Assembly: GCA_964527715.1 (NCBI GenBank)
Contig: CAZGOD010000002.1
Coordinates: forward strand, 1,736 to 65,735
DNA length: 64,000 nucleotides
Reading direction: 5' to 3'
Source: an uncultured Thermoplasmatales archaeon
GTDB taxonomy: Archaea; Thermoplasmatota; E2; DHVEG-1
Every line of letters starts with the position of its first letter. Position 1 is the first letter of the stretch. Below the pieces are notes generated by a model. The model ran no database searches, had not been told where the DNA came from, and saw only the letters and a list, made by a program, of their open reading frames with translations. The translations under genes and the position numbers were made by a program. Shown one piece after another: positions 8,869 to 18,363 of the stretch.

Positions 8869-10236
8869 ATGAGCAATCAAAATCTTGAAGAGAAAACATA
8901 TGTATTTCTTGTTACTGTTGATGATCTCCGCGCTGACCATTTAGGATATATGGGATACAAAAAAAACATATCACCAAATATTGACTCTTTTGCCAAAAAA
9001 AACATAGTTTATACCAATGCCCTCTCTAATGCACCACAGACAACAATTTCGTTTCCATCAATACTTTATGGAGTTTATGCTACTGATTTTTTTGATAAAA
9101 AAAACTATCTTAAAAAAAGAAGCATTGCAACAGTTTTAAAAGAAAATGGTTACAAAACCCTGGCTTTTAACTCTAATCCTCATTTTAAAATGTGGGGCTT
9201 TAGTAAAGGATTCGATTATTTTGAAGATTTCTTATCAGAAACCAGAGGTGAAAGAGATAAGACCGTCGAGAAAGCTAAAAAAAAATTAGTTAAAAAAATC
9301 GGTAAAAAAAACATACTGATAAAAGGTTTATCAAAAATCTTGACTCGTTTATCAGGGCACATCGCAAAACCTTATGCAGATGCAGAGTTAATGAATAAAA
9401 AATTCTTTGAAGAAATTGACAAAAAAGACAACCAAAAAATATTCTGCTGGATGCATTACATGGATCTACATTATCCTTTTTTGCCACCTACAAAAGATAT
9501 AGAAATCAAAATGGCAAAAGAAGAAATCCTAAGGTTGAACAGATTGCAAAGAAGAGCATTGCATTTCAAAGAAAAATTACCAGATGATGATGTTAAAAAA
9601 ATAATAGCTCTCTATGATGCTGAAATAAGATATCTAGATTCACACTTCAACTTTTTTATTGATGGTCTTAAAAAAAGAGGTATTTATGATAAATCCATCA
9701 TAATTTTTACATCAGACCATGGAGAATTATTCGGTGAACACAATAGATTCGGCCATGATCAAGATGTTCTGTATCAAAAACAGTTACATGTTCCCTTAAT
9801 CATTAAAACATATGGAAATAATAAGAAAGTTTTTGACAAACCTGCATCACTTGTAAATATCCCATCTACATTCCTGGAGATTTTAAAAATAAAAAATTCT
9901 TATTTTGACACAGAATCAATCTTCAAAGAAAATGAATATGTTATAAGTGAAGGAATCATCTGGAGCTCTTTTGAAAAACAACAAACAATCAAAAAAAATG
10001 AGATAATGGTATCATGCCAAAAAGAAAATTGGAAATTGATAATTGATAATATACATAACAGGAAAGAACTTTATAATCTAGCTGATGACCCTGATGAATC
10101 ATCAAATCTTTATCCGTCAATGAAAGACGTTGCAGGTAAGTTAAGTAAAATAATTGAAAGTCATTTAAATAAATCAGAGGAAAAAGATTTGATTACAAAC
10201 AAAATTAAATTACTTAGAAAAGCAGGCAAAATATAG
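8869..10236 (+). CDS. Sulfatase-like hydrolase/transferase
   Basis: TVDDLRADH, HYMDLHYPF, YDAEIRYLD, TSDHGELFGEH..FGH, ELYNLADDPDE; nucleophile region NAPQTTISFPS. Confidence 0.85.
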   Translation: MSNQNLEEKTYVFLVTVDDLRADHLGYMGYKKNISPNIDSFAKKNIVYTNALSNAPQTTISFPSILYGVYATDFFDKKNYLKKRSIATVLKENGYKTLAFNSNPHFKMWGFSKGFDYFEDFLSETRGERDKTVEKAKKKLVKKIGKKNILIKGLSKILTRLSGHIAKPYADAELMNKKFFEEIDKKDNQKIFCWMHYMDLHYPFLPPTKDIEIKMAKEEILRLNRLQRRALHFKEKLPDDDVKKIIALYDAEIRYLDSHFNFFIDGLKKRGIYDKSIIIFTSDHGELFGEHNRFGHDQDVLYQKQLHVPLIIKTYGNNKKVFDKPASLVNIPSTFLEILKIKNSYFDTESIFKENEYVISEGIIWSSFEKQQTIKKNEIMVSCQKENWKLIIDNIHNRKELYNLADDPDESSNLYPSMKDVAGKLSKIIESHLNKSEEKDLITNKIKLLRKAGKI

Positions 10237-10266
10237 AAAAAGCATATCTTTGAGAGGAAAAAAATA

Positions 10267-11199
10267 ATGGAAAAAAAACAAATAGAAGAAAGATTAGGGA
10301 AGTACCACATAGAAATGAAATATAATACAAATAGGCCTACAATTAGTACTTATAAACTTGATAAAAAAGGAGTTTTGATTTATAAAATACCTTACACAAA
10401 TTCTTTTGATTATTATCCCGTGAGTATCACTTTATATGCTCTAGGAAATTTCGAGATGCATCTAGACACAAATAATGATAAATATATAGATAATTTCCTT
10501 AAACAGGTGGATTGGCTAGTAAATAACATTTCCATCAAAGATGATTTTGGCGTATGGGAACATAAATTTGTAATTCCTTATTATAATTTCAACAGAGTTC
10601 CATGGGTTCATGGTATGGCTCAAGGTTTAGCCATATCTTCCTTACTTCGGGCATATCAACTCACTAGCAACAAAGTTTATTTAGAAACTGCTGAGAAAGC
10701 ATATGGTGCATTTCAGAAGGATATTAATGACGGAGGAGTAAGATACATCGACAAAGAAGGAAATGCCTGGCTTGAAGAATATGCCATACAACCCCCACCT
10801 CATATTTTAAATGGGTTTATTTTTGCTTTGTTTGGAGTCTATGATTTTTATAGAGTTACAAAAAATAATAACGCATTAGCGCTATGGAACAAGGGGATAA
10901 ATACATTAGAAAAGAACTTGTTCAGATATAACACCAAATATTGGTCACTGTATAATTTATTGCAAAAATATCCAGCTACTAAAAAATATCACAATTTGCA
11001 TATAAAACAATTAAATGTTTTGTATGAAATGACAAGTAGAAAAATTTTCAAAAATTATGCTCTAAAATGGAATAGTTATGGAGAGAGGAAATTAAATCTT
11101 ATCCGAGGGAAAACAAGAAGAGGAATGATTCATCTAAGAAGACATGGACTGATAGATTGTATAAAACAATACAGGTTGAAGGAAAAGTGGATGAAATGA
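10267..11199 (+). CDS. D-glucuronyl C5-epimerase family protein (C-terminal catalytic domain)
   Basis: WVHGMAQGLAISSLLRAYQLT, WLEEY, HILNGFIFALFG.YD, WSLY, YHNLHI.QL match the C5-epimerase catalytic domain; gene lies within a glycan cluster. Confidence 0.8.
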   Translation: MEKKQIEERLGKYHIEMKYNTNRPTISTYKLDKKGVLIYKIPYTNSFDYYPVSITLYALGNFEMHLDTNNDKYIDNFLKQVDWLVNNISIKDDFGVWEHKFVIPYYNFNRVPWVHGMAQGLAISSLLRAYQLTSNKVYLETAEKAYGAFQKDINDGGVRYIDKEGNAWLEEYAIQPPPHILNGFIFALFGVYDFYRVTKNNNALALWNKGINTLEKNLFRYNTKYWSLYNLLQKYPATKKYHNLHIKQLNVLYEMTSRKIFKNYALKWNSYGERKLNLIRGKTRRGMIHLRRHGLIDCIKQYRLKEKWMK

Positions 11200-12164
11200 A
11201 AATCTGCTTTTTTGGCAACATATCATATACTTTTATCAGGAGAGATTTTGAAATCTTGAAAAAATATTTTGATGTTGATTTGGTAAATTCACCAAAGAAA
11301 AAAACTGGATGGTTAAAATATCCTTCTGTCGTTGCAAAAAAAGTAAAGAATTGTGATGTAATTTTCTGTTGGTTTGCAGGATGGCATTCAGCTTTTGCTA
11401 TTCATTACGCAAAGAAATATAAAAAAAAATCAATCGTAGTTGCAGGAGGGTACGACGCTGCGTATGTTCCTGAAATAAATTATGGAGCTTTTACCAACTT
11501 AAAAGAAAAAATAGCTGCAAGATATGTGCTAAAAAACGCTGATTTAGTTTTAGCAGTCTCCAAATTTACCAAGAACGAGATTTTGAAAAAAATAAAACCC
11601 ATAAAGATAAAACTCGTTTATAACAGCGTAGATGTTGAAAAATTCAAACCATATGGAAAAAAGGAAGATATTATTATTACAATTGGAGAAGAAATAAAAT
11701 TGAAAGGTTTAGAAACTTTTGCAAAAGCATCTAACAAGTTACTGGGATATAAATTCGTGATAATCGGAAAAAAAGAAAAAACTGCTCTTTTCAAATTAAA
11801 AAAAGAAAATCCAGATATTATACTCACGGGCAAATTATCCCATAGCGACGTTCTAAAATGGCATCAGAAAGCAAAGATTTATTGTCAACTATCCTACATA
11901 GAATCTTTTGGAATAGGAGTCGCAGAAGCGATGGCATGCGAGTGCATTCCTATTGTAACAAATAGAGGCGGATTACCAGAAGTGGTCGGGGGTACTGGTT
12001 TTTACGTTCCCTATGGAGATGAAAAAGCAACTGCTGAAGCAATAAAAAAAGCATTAACTAATTCAGATGGATTAGGGAAAAAAGCAAGAACTAGAATCGA
12101 AGAAAAATTTTCACTAAAAGAACGAGAAAAAGTTCTGAAAAATTTAATAGAAAAAATTGCATGA
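11196..12164 (+). CDS. Glycosyltransferase family 4
   Basis: ESFGIGVAEAMACECIPIVTNRGGLPEVVG; start ATG 11196 overlaps the upstream TGA (ATGA coupling). Confidence 0.9.
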   Translation: MKICFFGNISYTFIRRDFEILKKYFDVDLVNSPKKKTGWLKYPSVVAKKVKNCDVIFCWFAGWHSAFAIHYAKKYKKKSIVVAGGYDAAYVPEINYGAFTNLKEKIAARYVLKNADLVLAVSKFTKNEILKKIKPIKIKLVYNSVDVEKFKPYGKKEDIIITIGEEIKLKGLETFAKASNKLLGYKFVIIGKKEKTALFKLKKENPDIILTGKLSHSDVLKWHQKAKIYCQLSYIESFGIGVAEAMACECIPIVTNRGGLPEVVGGTGFYVPYGDEKATAEAIKKALTNSDGLGKKARTRIEEKFSLKEREKVLKNLIEKIA

Positions 12165-12285
12165 TTAAATCTGGAGATTTTTTCGTATTTCGGACAATAT
12201 TTCTTAGAGCAATGATTATATAACAACACCTTATTATTGCGCTGTCACTTACTTATCAATTTCAAGATAGATATTCGTGAAATAA

Positions 12286-13572
12286 ATGAAAAATAAAAAA
12301 CAAACAAAACAAAAATCCGGAAAAGCGTTTTTTTTCCTTAGACATAACAATGATATCGATCAGATCGTTCCAGTTATACACAAATGGCTTTCAATTGAAA
12401 ATATTCCCACAGATATAATTATTTTAACCAAACGAAAAACCTTAGATGATTTTAGAATAAATTTATTAAAAGAATTTAACAACGCCCGGGTCATACATAT
12501 AAAAGATCTATTTGGAAAGCATAGATTAGCTCATTATGTAAATATCTATTCATTATGTTTTAAATTAAGAGTATTTCTAAGAAAATATAGGACTCTACGG
12601 AAATTGTTCAACAAGCTCTTTAAAAAAGATTTAAAACGAATATTCGAGGATGTGGACAAAGGAATTGTAGTATTTGATTGGATTGAATCATTTTTCCCAC
12701 AAGAAATCGTTAAAATGGCCAAAAAAAAAGGATTAATAACCGTTTCATTACCACATGGTGACGCTCCTTACTTCAATTATATGGAAAAAATAGATGACTT
12801 AAATTACATTACCTGGGAAAATAAGAAAAAAACGACAATATATGATTATTTAGTTGTTCCTAATCGTCTGGTTTACAATAGATATAAAGATTCTCCGGAA
12901 AAAGACAAAATAAAAATACTTGGTTCAGCTAGATACAGTGATGAATGGTTAAATATTATTTCAAAATCAATTCCCGATTTTAATATAGAAGGAAGTAAAA
13001 ATAAGCTGAAAATCGTGTTTTTTTTAAGAAATGCAACTTTCCCTATTTTTTGGGATGAAGTGGTTAGAACAATGAAACTAATTATTCAATTTCCTAACGT
13101 CTATCTAGTTGTAAAGCATCATCCGAGAGATATGAGAAATGCAAAACAAATTACCAAATCACTTTTTCGTTTATATCCTGATGTGAAAAAGAATCTAGGG
13201 GTTAATTTAAAATTTATTTATGGTGAGGTAAGCTCAGATTCATTAATTAGGTGGGCAGATATAATTATAGACTTAGGTACAAGTGTCACATGGGAACCTG
13301 TTAAAAAAGGAATACCTGTACTTTTACCAGAATATTTACATTCCAGCTATTCCACTGTTGCCTATTATATAAAAGCATCTGAGCTTAAATGTAGAGATCA
13401 TCTTTACGATACATTAAAAGAATTTACAGAAAACAAAAATCAGGAGTTTTATGATGAAAAAGAGAGAAGAAAATTTATCAAGGAGATTATAGATGTACCT
13501 GATAAACACGTTTTGGAGAGGTACTGTAAATTTTTAGAGAAGTGTTTAAATGAGTCATCAGAAAAAAAATGA
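12286..13572 (+). CDS. Hypothetical GT-B-like polysaccharide biosynthesis protein (possible ulosonate or glycerophosphate transferase)
   Basis: LPHG, GSARY and VVKHHPRD motifs; directly upstream of the aldolase/kdsB cassette. Confidence 0.45.
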   Translation: MKNKKQTKQKSGKAFFFLRHNNDIDQIVPVIHKWLSIENIPTDIIILTKRKTLDDFRINLLKEFNNARVIHIKDLFGKHRLAHYVNIYSLCFKLRVFLRKYRTLRKLFNKLFKKDLKRIFEDVDKGIVVFDWIESFFPQEIVKMAKKKGLITVSLPHGDAPYFNYMEKIDDLNYITWENKKKTTIYDYLVVPNRLVYNRYKDSPEKDKIKILGSARYSDEWLNIISKSIPDFNIEGSKNKLKIVFFLRNATFPIFWDEVVRTMKLIIQFPNVYLVVKHHPRDMRNAKQITKSLFRLYPDVKKNLGVNLKFIYGEVSSDSLIRWADIIIDLGTSVTWEPVKKGIPVLLPEYLHSSYSTVAYYIKASELKCRDHLYDTLKEFTENKNQEFYDEKERRKFIKEIIDVPDKHVLERYCKFLEKCLNESSEKK

Positions 13573-14320
13573 TTTAAAATATAAACTAAGAAATGGGAAA
13601 ATCACATTTGGATCTTGGATAACAATAGGCCATCCGATAGTTGCAGAGATAATGGCAAACTCTGGATTTGAGTGGTTAACAGTTGACATGGAACATAGTG
13701 CAATAACATTGGATGTTGCACAGAATTTAATCAGAACCATTGAATTGTCTGGATGTGTACCCCTAGTTAGGGTTGGGGAGAATAATCCTTTCATCATCAA
13801 ACAGGTCATGGATGCAGGGGCTTATGGCGTTATTGTACCTATGGTTAATTCAAAAGAGGAAGCAGAAAAGGCTGTAAAATCAGTGAAATATCCACCAAAA
13901 GGTTTTAGAGGAGTTGGACTTGCTAGGGCACAAAAATATGGGTTTGATTTCGAAGGGTATAAAAATTGGTTAGAAAAAGAGAGTATTGTTATAGTACAAA
14001 TTGAACATTTATCTGGTGTAAAAAACCTTTCTGATATTTTGTCAGTTGATGGTGTAGATGGATTCATTGTTGGTCCATATGATATTTCTGGTTCACTTGG
14101 CGTGCCAGGTAATTTTGAACATCCTGAATTCAAAAACTGTATAAAAGAGATCATGGATGTTTCAAAAAATCTAAAAAAACCTGCAGGTTTTCATGTCATA
14201 CCCCCAGATAAAAAAGAGGTACAAAAAATCATAGATCTTGGATACAAATTCATTGCAATAAGTTTGGATACATTATTCCTTGGAAAACTTTGTAAAAATG
14301 TGCTAAATGAATTTAAATAA
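13550..14320 (+). CDS. HpcH/HpaI class II pyruvate aldolase
   Basis: FGSWITI, VDMEHS, LVRV, MDAGA.GVIVPMV, VQIEH, GPYDISGSLG. Confidence 0.9.
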   Translation: MSHQKKNDLKYKLRNGKITFGSWITIGHPIVAEIMANSGFEWLTVDMEHSAITLDVAQNLIRTIELSGCVPLVRVGENNPFIIKQVMDAGAYGVIVPMVNSKEEAEKAVKSVKYPPKGFRGVGLARAQKYGFDFEGYKNWLEKESIVIVQIEHLSGVKNLSDILSVDGVDGFIVGPYDISGSLGVPGNFEHPEFKNCIKEIMDVSKNLKKPAGFHVIPPDKKEVQKIIDLGYKFIAISLDTLFLGKLCKNVLNEFK

Positions 14321-14348
14321 TCTAAAAAGCAATATCGAGGGGGAAAAA

Positions 14349-15125
14349 TTGGTGAAAATTGTAGGATTTATTCCCGCAAGAATGGAATCGAGCAGATTTC
14401 CAGGTAAACCCCTTGCAAAAATCAATGGTATGCCAATGGTGGGTCATGTTTATTTTCGTACTAAGATGAGCGGGCTTTTGAGCGATGTTTATGTTGCGAC
14501 ATGCAATAAGGAGATTGAGGAATATATTTCATCTATTAACGGTAAAACAGTTATGACTTCAGATAAACATGAAAGAGCTTCAGATAGAATTGCAGAGGCT
14601 TTAGTTAAAGTTGAAAAACAAACAGGAGAAAAAATAGATATAGTTGTTATGATACAAGGCGATGAACCTATGGTTCATCCTAAAATGATTGACGAGGCGG
14701 TTAAGCCTTTTCTAGAAGATAAAGGCATTCTTGTAACAAATCTAATGGCACCCTTAAAAACACCTGAGGAGCATAGGGATCCTAATGAAGTAAAAGTTGT
14801 AGTAGATAAAAATAATTTTGCTTTGTATTTTTCGAGAGAACCTATTCCCTCTGATAAAAAAGAAAGAAATAATAATTATATGTTTAAACAAGTTTGTATT
14901 ATACCTTTTGCACGTGATTTTTTAATTAAGTTTAATGAGTTTGAGCCTACGCCTTTAGAGACCATTGAATCTGTAGATATGCTCAGAGTACTAGAAAATG
15001 GTTATAATGTCAAAATGGTGCAAACTAAATTTGAGACTTATAGTGTTGATAATGAAAGTGATCTGAGGCAGGTTGAAAAAATAATGGAAAAAGATGAACT
15101 AGTTAAAAAATATAAAAATAGTTGA
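14349..15125 (+). CDS. kdsB: CMP-ulosonate synthetase (CMP-Kdo synthetase-like cytidylyltransferase)
   Basis: IPARMESSRFPGKPLA, QGDEP, VKVV.D...ALYFSREPIP, ESVDMLRVLE; likely TTG/GTG start at 14349/14352 behind GAGGGGG. Confidence 0.85.
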   Translation: MVKIVGFIPARMESSRFPGKPLAKINGMPMVGHVYFRTKMSGLLSDVYVATCNKEIEEYISSINGKTVMTSDKHERASDRIAEALVKVEKQTGEKIDIVVMIQGDEPMVHPKMIDEAVKPFLEDKGILVTNLMAPLKTPEEHRDPNEVKVVVDKNNFALYFSREPIPSDKKERNNNYMFKQVCIIPFARDFLIKFNEFEPTPLETIESVDMLRVLENGYNVKMVQTKFETYSVDNESDLRQVEKIMEKDELVKKYKNS

Positions 15126-15127
15126 TT

Positions 15128-16063
15128 ATGATGAAAGTATTGATCTCTAGCAGGTCTTTTGGCAAGATTAATTCAGGTGCTCTTGAATTATTAAAAAAAA
15201 TTGGATTAAATCCCGTTCTTAACCCTCATGGGAAAAAGTTGTCAGAGACTGAAATACTGGATTTGTTGGATGATGCTATAGGGATTATTGCTGGAACTGA
15301 GAAGATAACAAAAAATATTATTTATCATAATGATAATCTTAAGGTTATTTCAAGATATGGAATTGGTCTTGATAATATTGATTTGAAAGCAGCTAGTGAA
15401 AGAAATGTACTTGTTTTTAACACACCTGAAACACCAAAGATTGCAGTCGCAGAACTTACATTGACATTAATATTAACTCTTTTGAAAAAAATTATAAACA
15501 TTGATAACAACTCAAAAAAAGGATCGTGGAAGCCTGAAATTGGAAATCTTTTAACAGGGAAAACAATAGGAATCATTGGCCTGGGTAGAGTAGGAAAACA
15601 GCTAGTTCAATTCTTGTTGCCTTTTAATGTAAAAATCTTAGTACACGAAATAAAACCAGATAAAAGATTTGTGTCAAAGTATAAGATAGAGTTAACTTCC
15701 TTTGATGATCTAATAAGCAATAGTGACATAATTACTATCCATTGTCCCTTAACTAGACAAACAAAGTACATAATCGGTGAAAAAGAACTATCAAAAATGA
15801 AAAACAATGCTATTTTAATAAATACAGCACGCGGAGGATTAATTGATGAATTAGCGCTTTATAAATTTTTAAGAGAAAAAAAAATTGCAGGTGCTGCAAT
15901 TGACGTTTTTGAAGATGAGCCCAATACAGGAAAATTAAAAGAACTAGATAATGTTATATTAACCCCACATATAGGTACCTATACTATTGAAACGAGAAAA
16001 CAAATGGAAATAGAAGCAGCAGAAAATCTAATAAAAGGATTAAAAAAGGTGAAGATTTTATGA
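15128..16063 (+). CDS. D-isomer-specific 2-hydroxyacid dehydrogenase (SerA-like)
   Basis: SRYGIGLDNID, GLGRVG, HCPL, INTARGG, DVFEDEP, TPHIG. Confidence 0.9.
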   Translation: MMKVLISSRSFGKINSGALELLKKIGLNPVLNPHGKKLSETEILDLLDDAIGIIAGTEKITKNIIYHNDNLKVISRYGIGLDNIDLKAASERNVLVFNTPETPKIAVAELTLTLILTLLKKIINIDNNSKKGSWKPEIGNLLTGKTIGIIGLGRVGKQLVQFLLPFNVKILVHEIKPDKRFVSKYKIELTSFDDLISNSDIITIHCPLTRQTKYIIGEKELSKMKNNAILINTARGGLIDELALYKFLREKKIAGAAIDVFEDEPNTGKLKELDNVILTPHIGTYTIETRKQMEIEAAENLIKGLKKVKIL

Positions 16064-16938
16064 AAGTGCTGATTGTTGGCGGATCTGGATTCCTGGGCAG
16101 CCATACAGCCGATGCATTAACGGAAGCAGGATACAATGTAAAAATTTTTGATATTGTAAAATCTCCGTATCTCCAAAAAGATCAAGAAATGATCGTCGGC
16201 GATATCCTCGATAAAGAAGCTATAGAAAAAGCAGTGAAAGGATGCAACGTTGTATATAATTTCGCAGGCATGGCCAATATAGACGAAGCATATGCTAAGC
16301 CTCTTGTAACCATTGAAAAAAATATTATTGGTAATACAATTATTTTGGAAGCATGCCGTAAAAATAAGGTGGAAAGATTTGTTTTTGCAAGTACCATATA
16401 CGTTTACAGTAAATCTGGTTCATTTTATAGAAGTAGTAAGCAGGCATGCGAATTAATTATTGAAAACTATAACGAGGCTTTTGGGTTGCCATATACTATA
16501 CTCAGATACGGATCATTATATGGCCCCAGAGCAAAAGATAATAACTGGATTCATAAAATTATCAAACAGGCACTAACAGAAGGAAAAATTACACGACATG
16601 GCGATGGAGAAGAAATAAGAGAATATATCCATGTCGGTGACGCTGCGAAGCTTAGTGTAAAAATTCTATCAAAAGAATATGAAAATCTAAATGTAACTAT
16701 AACTGGAAATCAACCAATGAAAATAAAAGATTTACACACTATGATCAAAGAAATTCTTGGAAATAAAATAAAACTAGAATATTTACCGGATGTCTCAAAC
16801 TCTCACTATGAAATAACGCCTTATAGTTATAATCCAAAAGTAGCACAAAAATTAGTTAGTACACAATTTCACGATATTGGACAAGGAATACTAGAGTGTC
16901 TGGCAGAGGTGGATAAAGAATCAAAAACAAAAAAATGA
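16060..16938 (+). CDS. NAD-dependent epimerase/dehydratase
   Basis: GGSGFLG, ASTIYVY, FYRSSK (YxxxK), LRYGSLYGP. Confidence 0.85.
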   Translation: MKVLIVGGSGFLGSHTADALTEAGYNVKIFDIVKSPYLQKDQEMIVGDILDKEAIEKAVKGCNVVYNFAGMANIDEAYAKPLVTIEKNIIGNTIILEACRKNKVERFVFASTIYVYSKSGSFYRSSKQACELIIENYNEAFGLPYTILRYGSLYGPRAKDNNWIHKIIKQALTEGKITRHGDGEEIREYIHVGDAAKLSVKILSKEYENLNVTITGNQPMKIKDLHTMIKEILGNKIKLEYLPDVSNSHYEITPYSYNPKVAQKLVSTQFHDIGQGILECLAEVDKESKTKK

Positions 16939-16958
16939 TACAATAACTCAGGTATATT

Positions 16959-17627
16959 ATGTTTATTTTATTATCCCATAAAATTAACTTAGATACTCCG
17001 ATGTATGGTGGAAAAGAAGGATTTTTATCTAAAAAATTGAGTTCAATAGAGCTAGGAGACTCTGCAAATACATCAAAATGGGAATTTCCTAATCATCTGG
17101 GAACACATATCGATTTTCCGTATCACTTTTATCAAAATGGTCAAACTGTAGATGATTTTCCAGCAGATTTCTGGATCTTTGATGGGAAAAAAATACAGGT
17201 ATTGGAAGTTAATGTGCCTGAAAACAATTTTTTAATTGAACCCGATCACATTGAAAAACACGATTTTAACGTTGATACAGAATTCTTGATTTTAAAAACA
17301 AACATTGGAAAACATCGTAATGAAGAAAAATTTTGGAAATACAATCCAGGATTAAACGTTGAGATGGCAAATTTGATTATTAGAAATTTCAAGAAGATAA
17401 AAGTTATCGGTCTTGATTCAATTTCAATTTCTTCATGGCAACATAGAGATATCGGAAGAATAGTTCACAAAAAAATGCTTGATCCAAAAAATCCTATTTT
17501 ATTTATCGAAGATATGGACTTATCTAAAGTTAGCAAAGATACTGTTTTTAAAATAGTTTACGTTGCACCAATGATGGTAAGTAAATCGGATGGAGGGCCT
17601 TGTACAATTTTGGCTGAGGTGAAATAG
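16959..17627 (+). CDS. Cyclase/kynurenine formamidase (KynB-like) metal-dependent hydrolase
   Basis: HLGTHIDFPYHF (HxGTHxDxPxH), GLDSISI, FIED, GGPCTILA. Confidence 0.85.
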   Translation: MFILLSHKINLDTPMYGGKEGFLSKKLSSIELGDSANTSKWEFPNHLGTHIDFPYHFYQNGQTVDDFPADFWIFDGKKIQVLEVNVPENNFLIEPDHIEKHDFNVDTEFLILKTNIGKHRNEEKFWKYNPGLNVEMANLIIRNFKKIKVIGLDSISISSWQHRDIGRIVHKKMLDPKNPILFIEDMDLSKVSKDTVFKIVYVAPMMVSKSDGGPCTILAEVK

Positions 17628-17629
17628 TT

Positions 17630-18280
17630 ATGAGTAAAATCGATATCCAAATTGATTCATTTCAAGCAATATTGTTTGATTTTGATGGCGTCCTATGTGA
17701 ATGTACGGATGTTAAAACAGAAGCTTTTGCTAAATTGTTTGAATCCTTTGGAGAAGAAGTGGTTAAAAAAGTTGTGGATCATCATGTAAAACATGGTGGC
17801 ATTTCAAGGTATAAAAAAATTAAGTTTTATTATAAAGAATATCTAAACGAGAGAATATCTGATGAAAAGTTAAATGAGCTTGCTCAGAGATTTTCTGAAC
17901 TTGTTGTAAACAAAGTGATTGCATCAGATTGGGTAAAAGGAGCAAAAGAATTTTTAGAAAAATATTACAAAAATATTGATTTATATGTTGTTTCTGGTAC
18001 CCCTCAAAAAGAGCTGAAATTAATCATAGAAAAAAGAAACATGAGAAGATATTTTAAAGGGGTTTTTGGAACTCCTGAGACCAAGCCGGAAATCGCTAAA
18101 CGTCTAATTTCTAATAATAATTACAATAGAGACAAAGTTCTTTACATAGGTGATAGTTTATCCGACTATTATGATTCCCAAAAAGCAGGGATAAAGTTTC
18201 TTGGTAGATTACTAGAAAAGATGACACCAAAATTTCCAGAAACGGTAAAAATCATCCGTGATTTTAACGATGTTTTATAA
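17630..18280 (+). CDS. HAD-superfamily hydrolase
   Basis: FDFDGVL, VVSGT, TKPE, IGDSLSD. Confidence 0.9.
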   Translation: MSKIDIQIDSFQAILFDFDGVLCECTDVKTEAFAKLFESFGEEVVKKVVDHHVKHGGISRYKKIKFYYKEYLNERISDEKLNELAQRFSELVVNKVIASDWVKGAKEFLEKYYKNIDLYVVSGTPQKELKLIIEKRNMRRYFKGVFGTPETKPEIAKRLISNNNYNRDKVLYIGDSLSDYYDSQKAGIKFLGRLLEKMTPKFPETVKIIRDFNDVL

Positions 18281-18363
18281 TAATATATGACTAAATTAGT
18301 GATGTTAAACGACTAACTTGGGGGAAAAAATCCAAGTTATCTATTACTAAAAATACTATATTT

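Noticed and set aside
8490-12730. Poly-A runs of about 9 nt in glycan genes (e.g. near 8493, 9277, 12721) as phase-variation tracts
   Set aside because: Expected from Lys codons in very A-rich genes; all frames are intact and there are no poly-G/C tracts in coding regions
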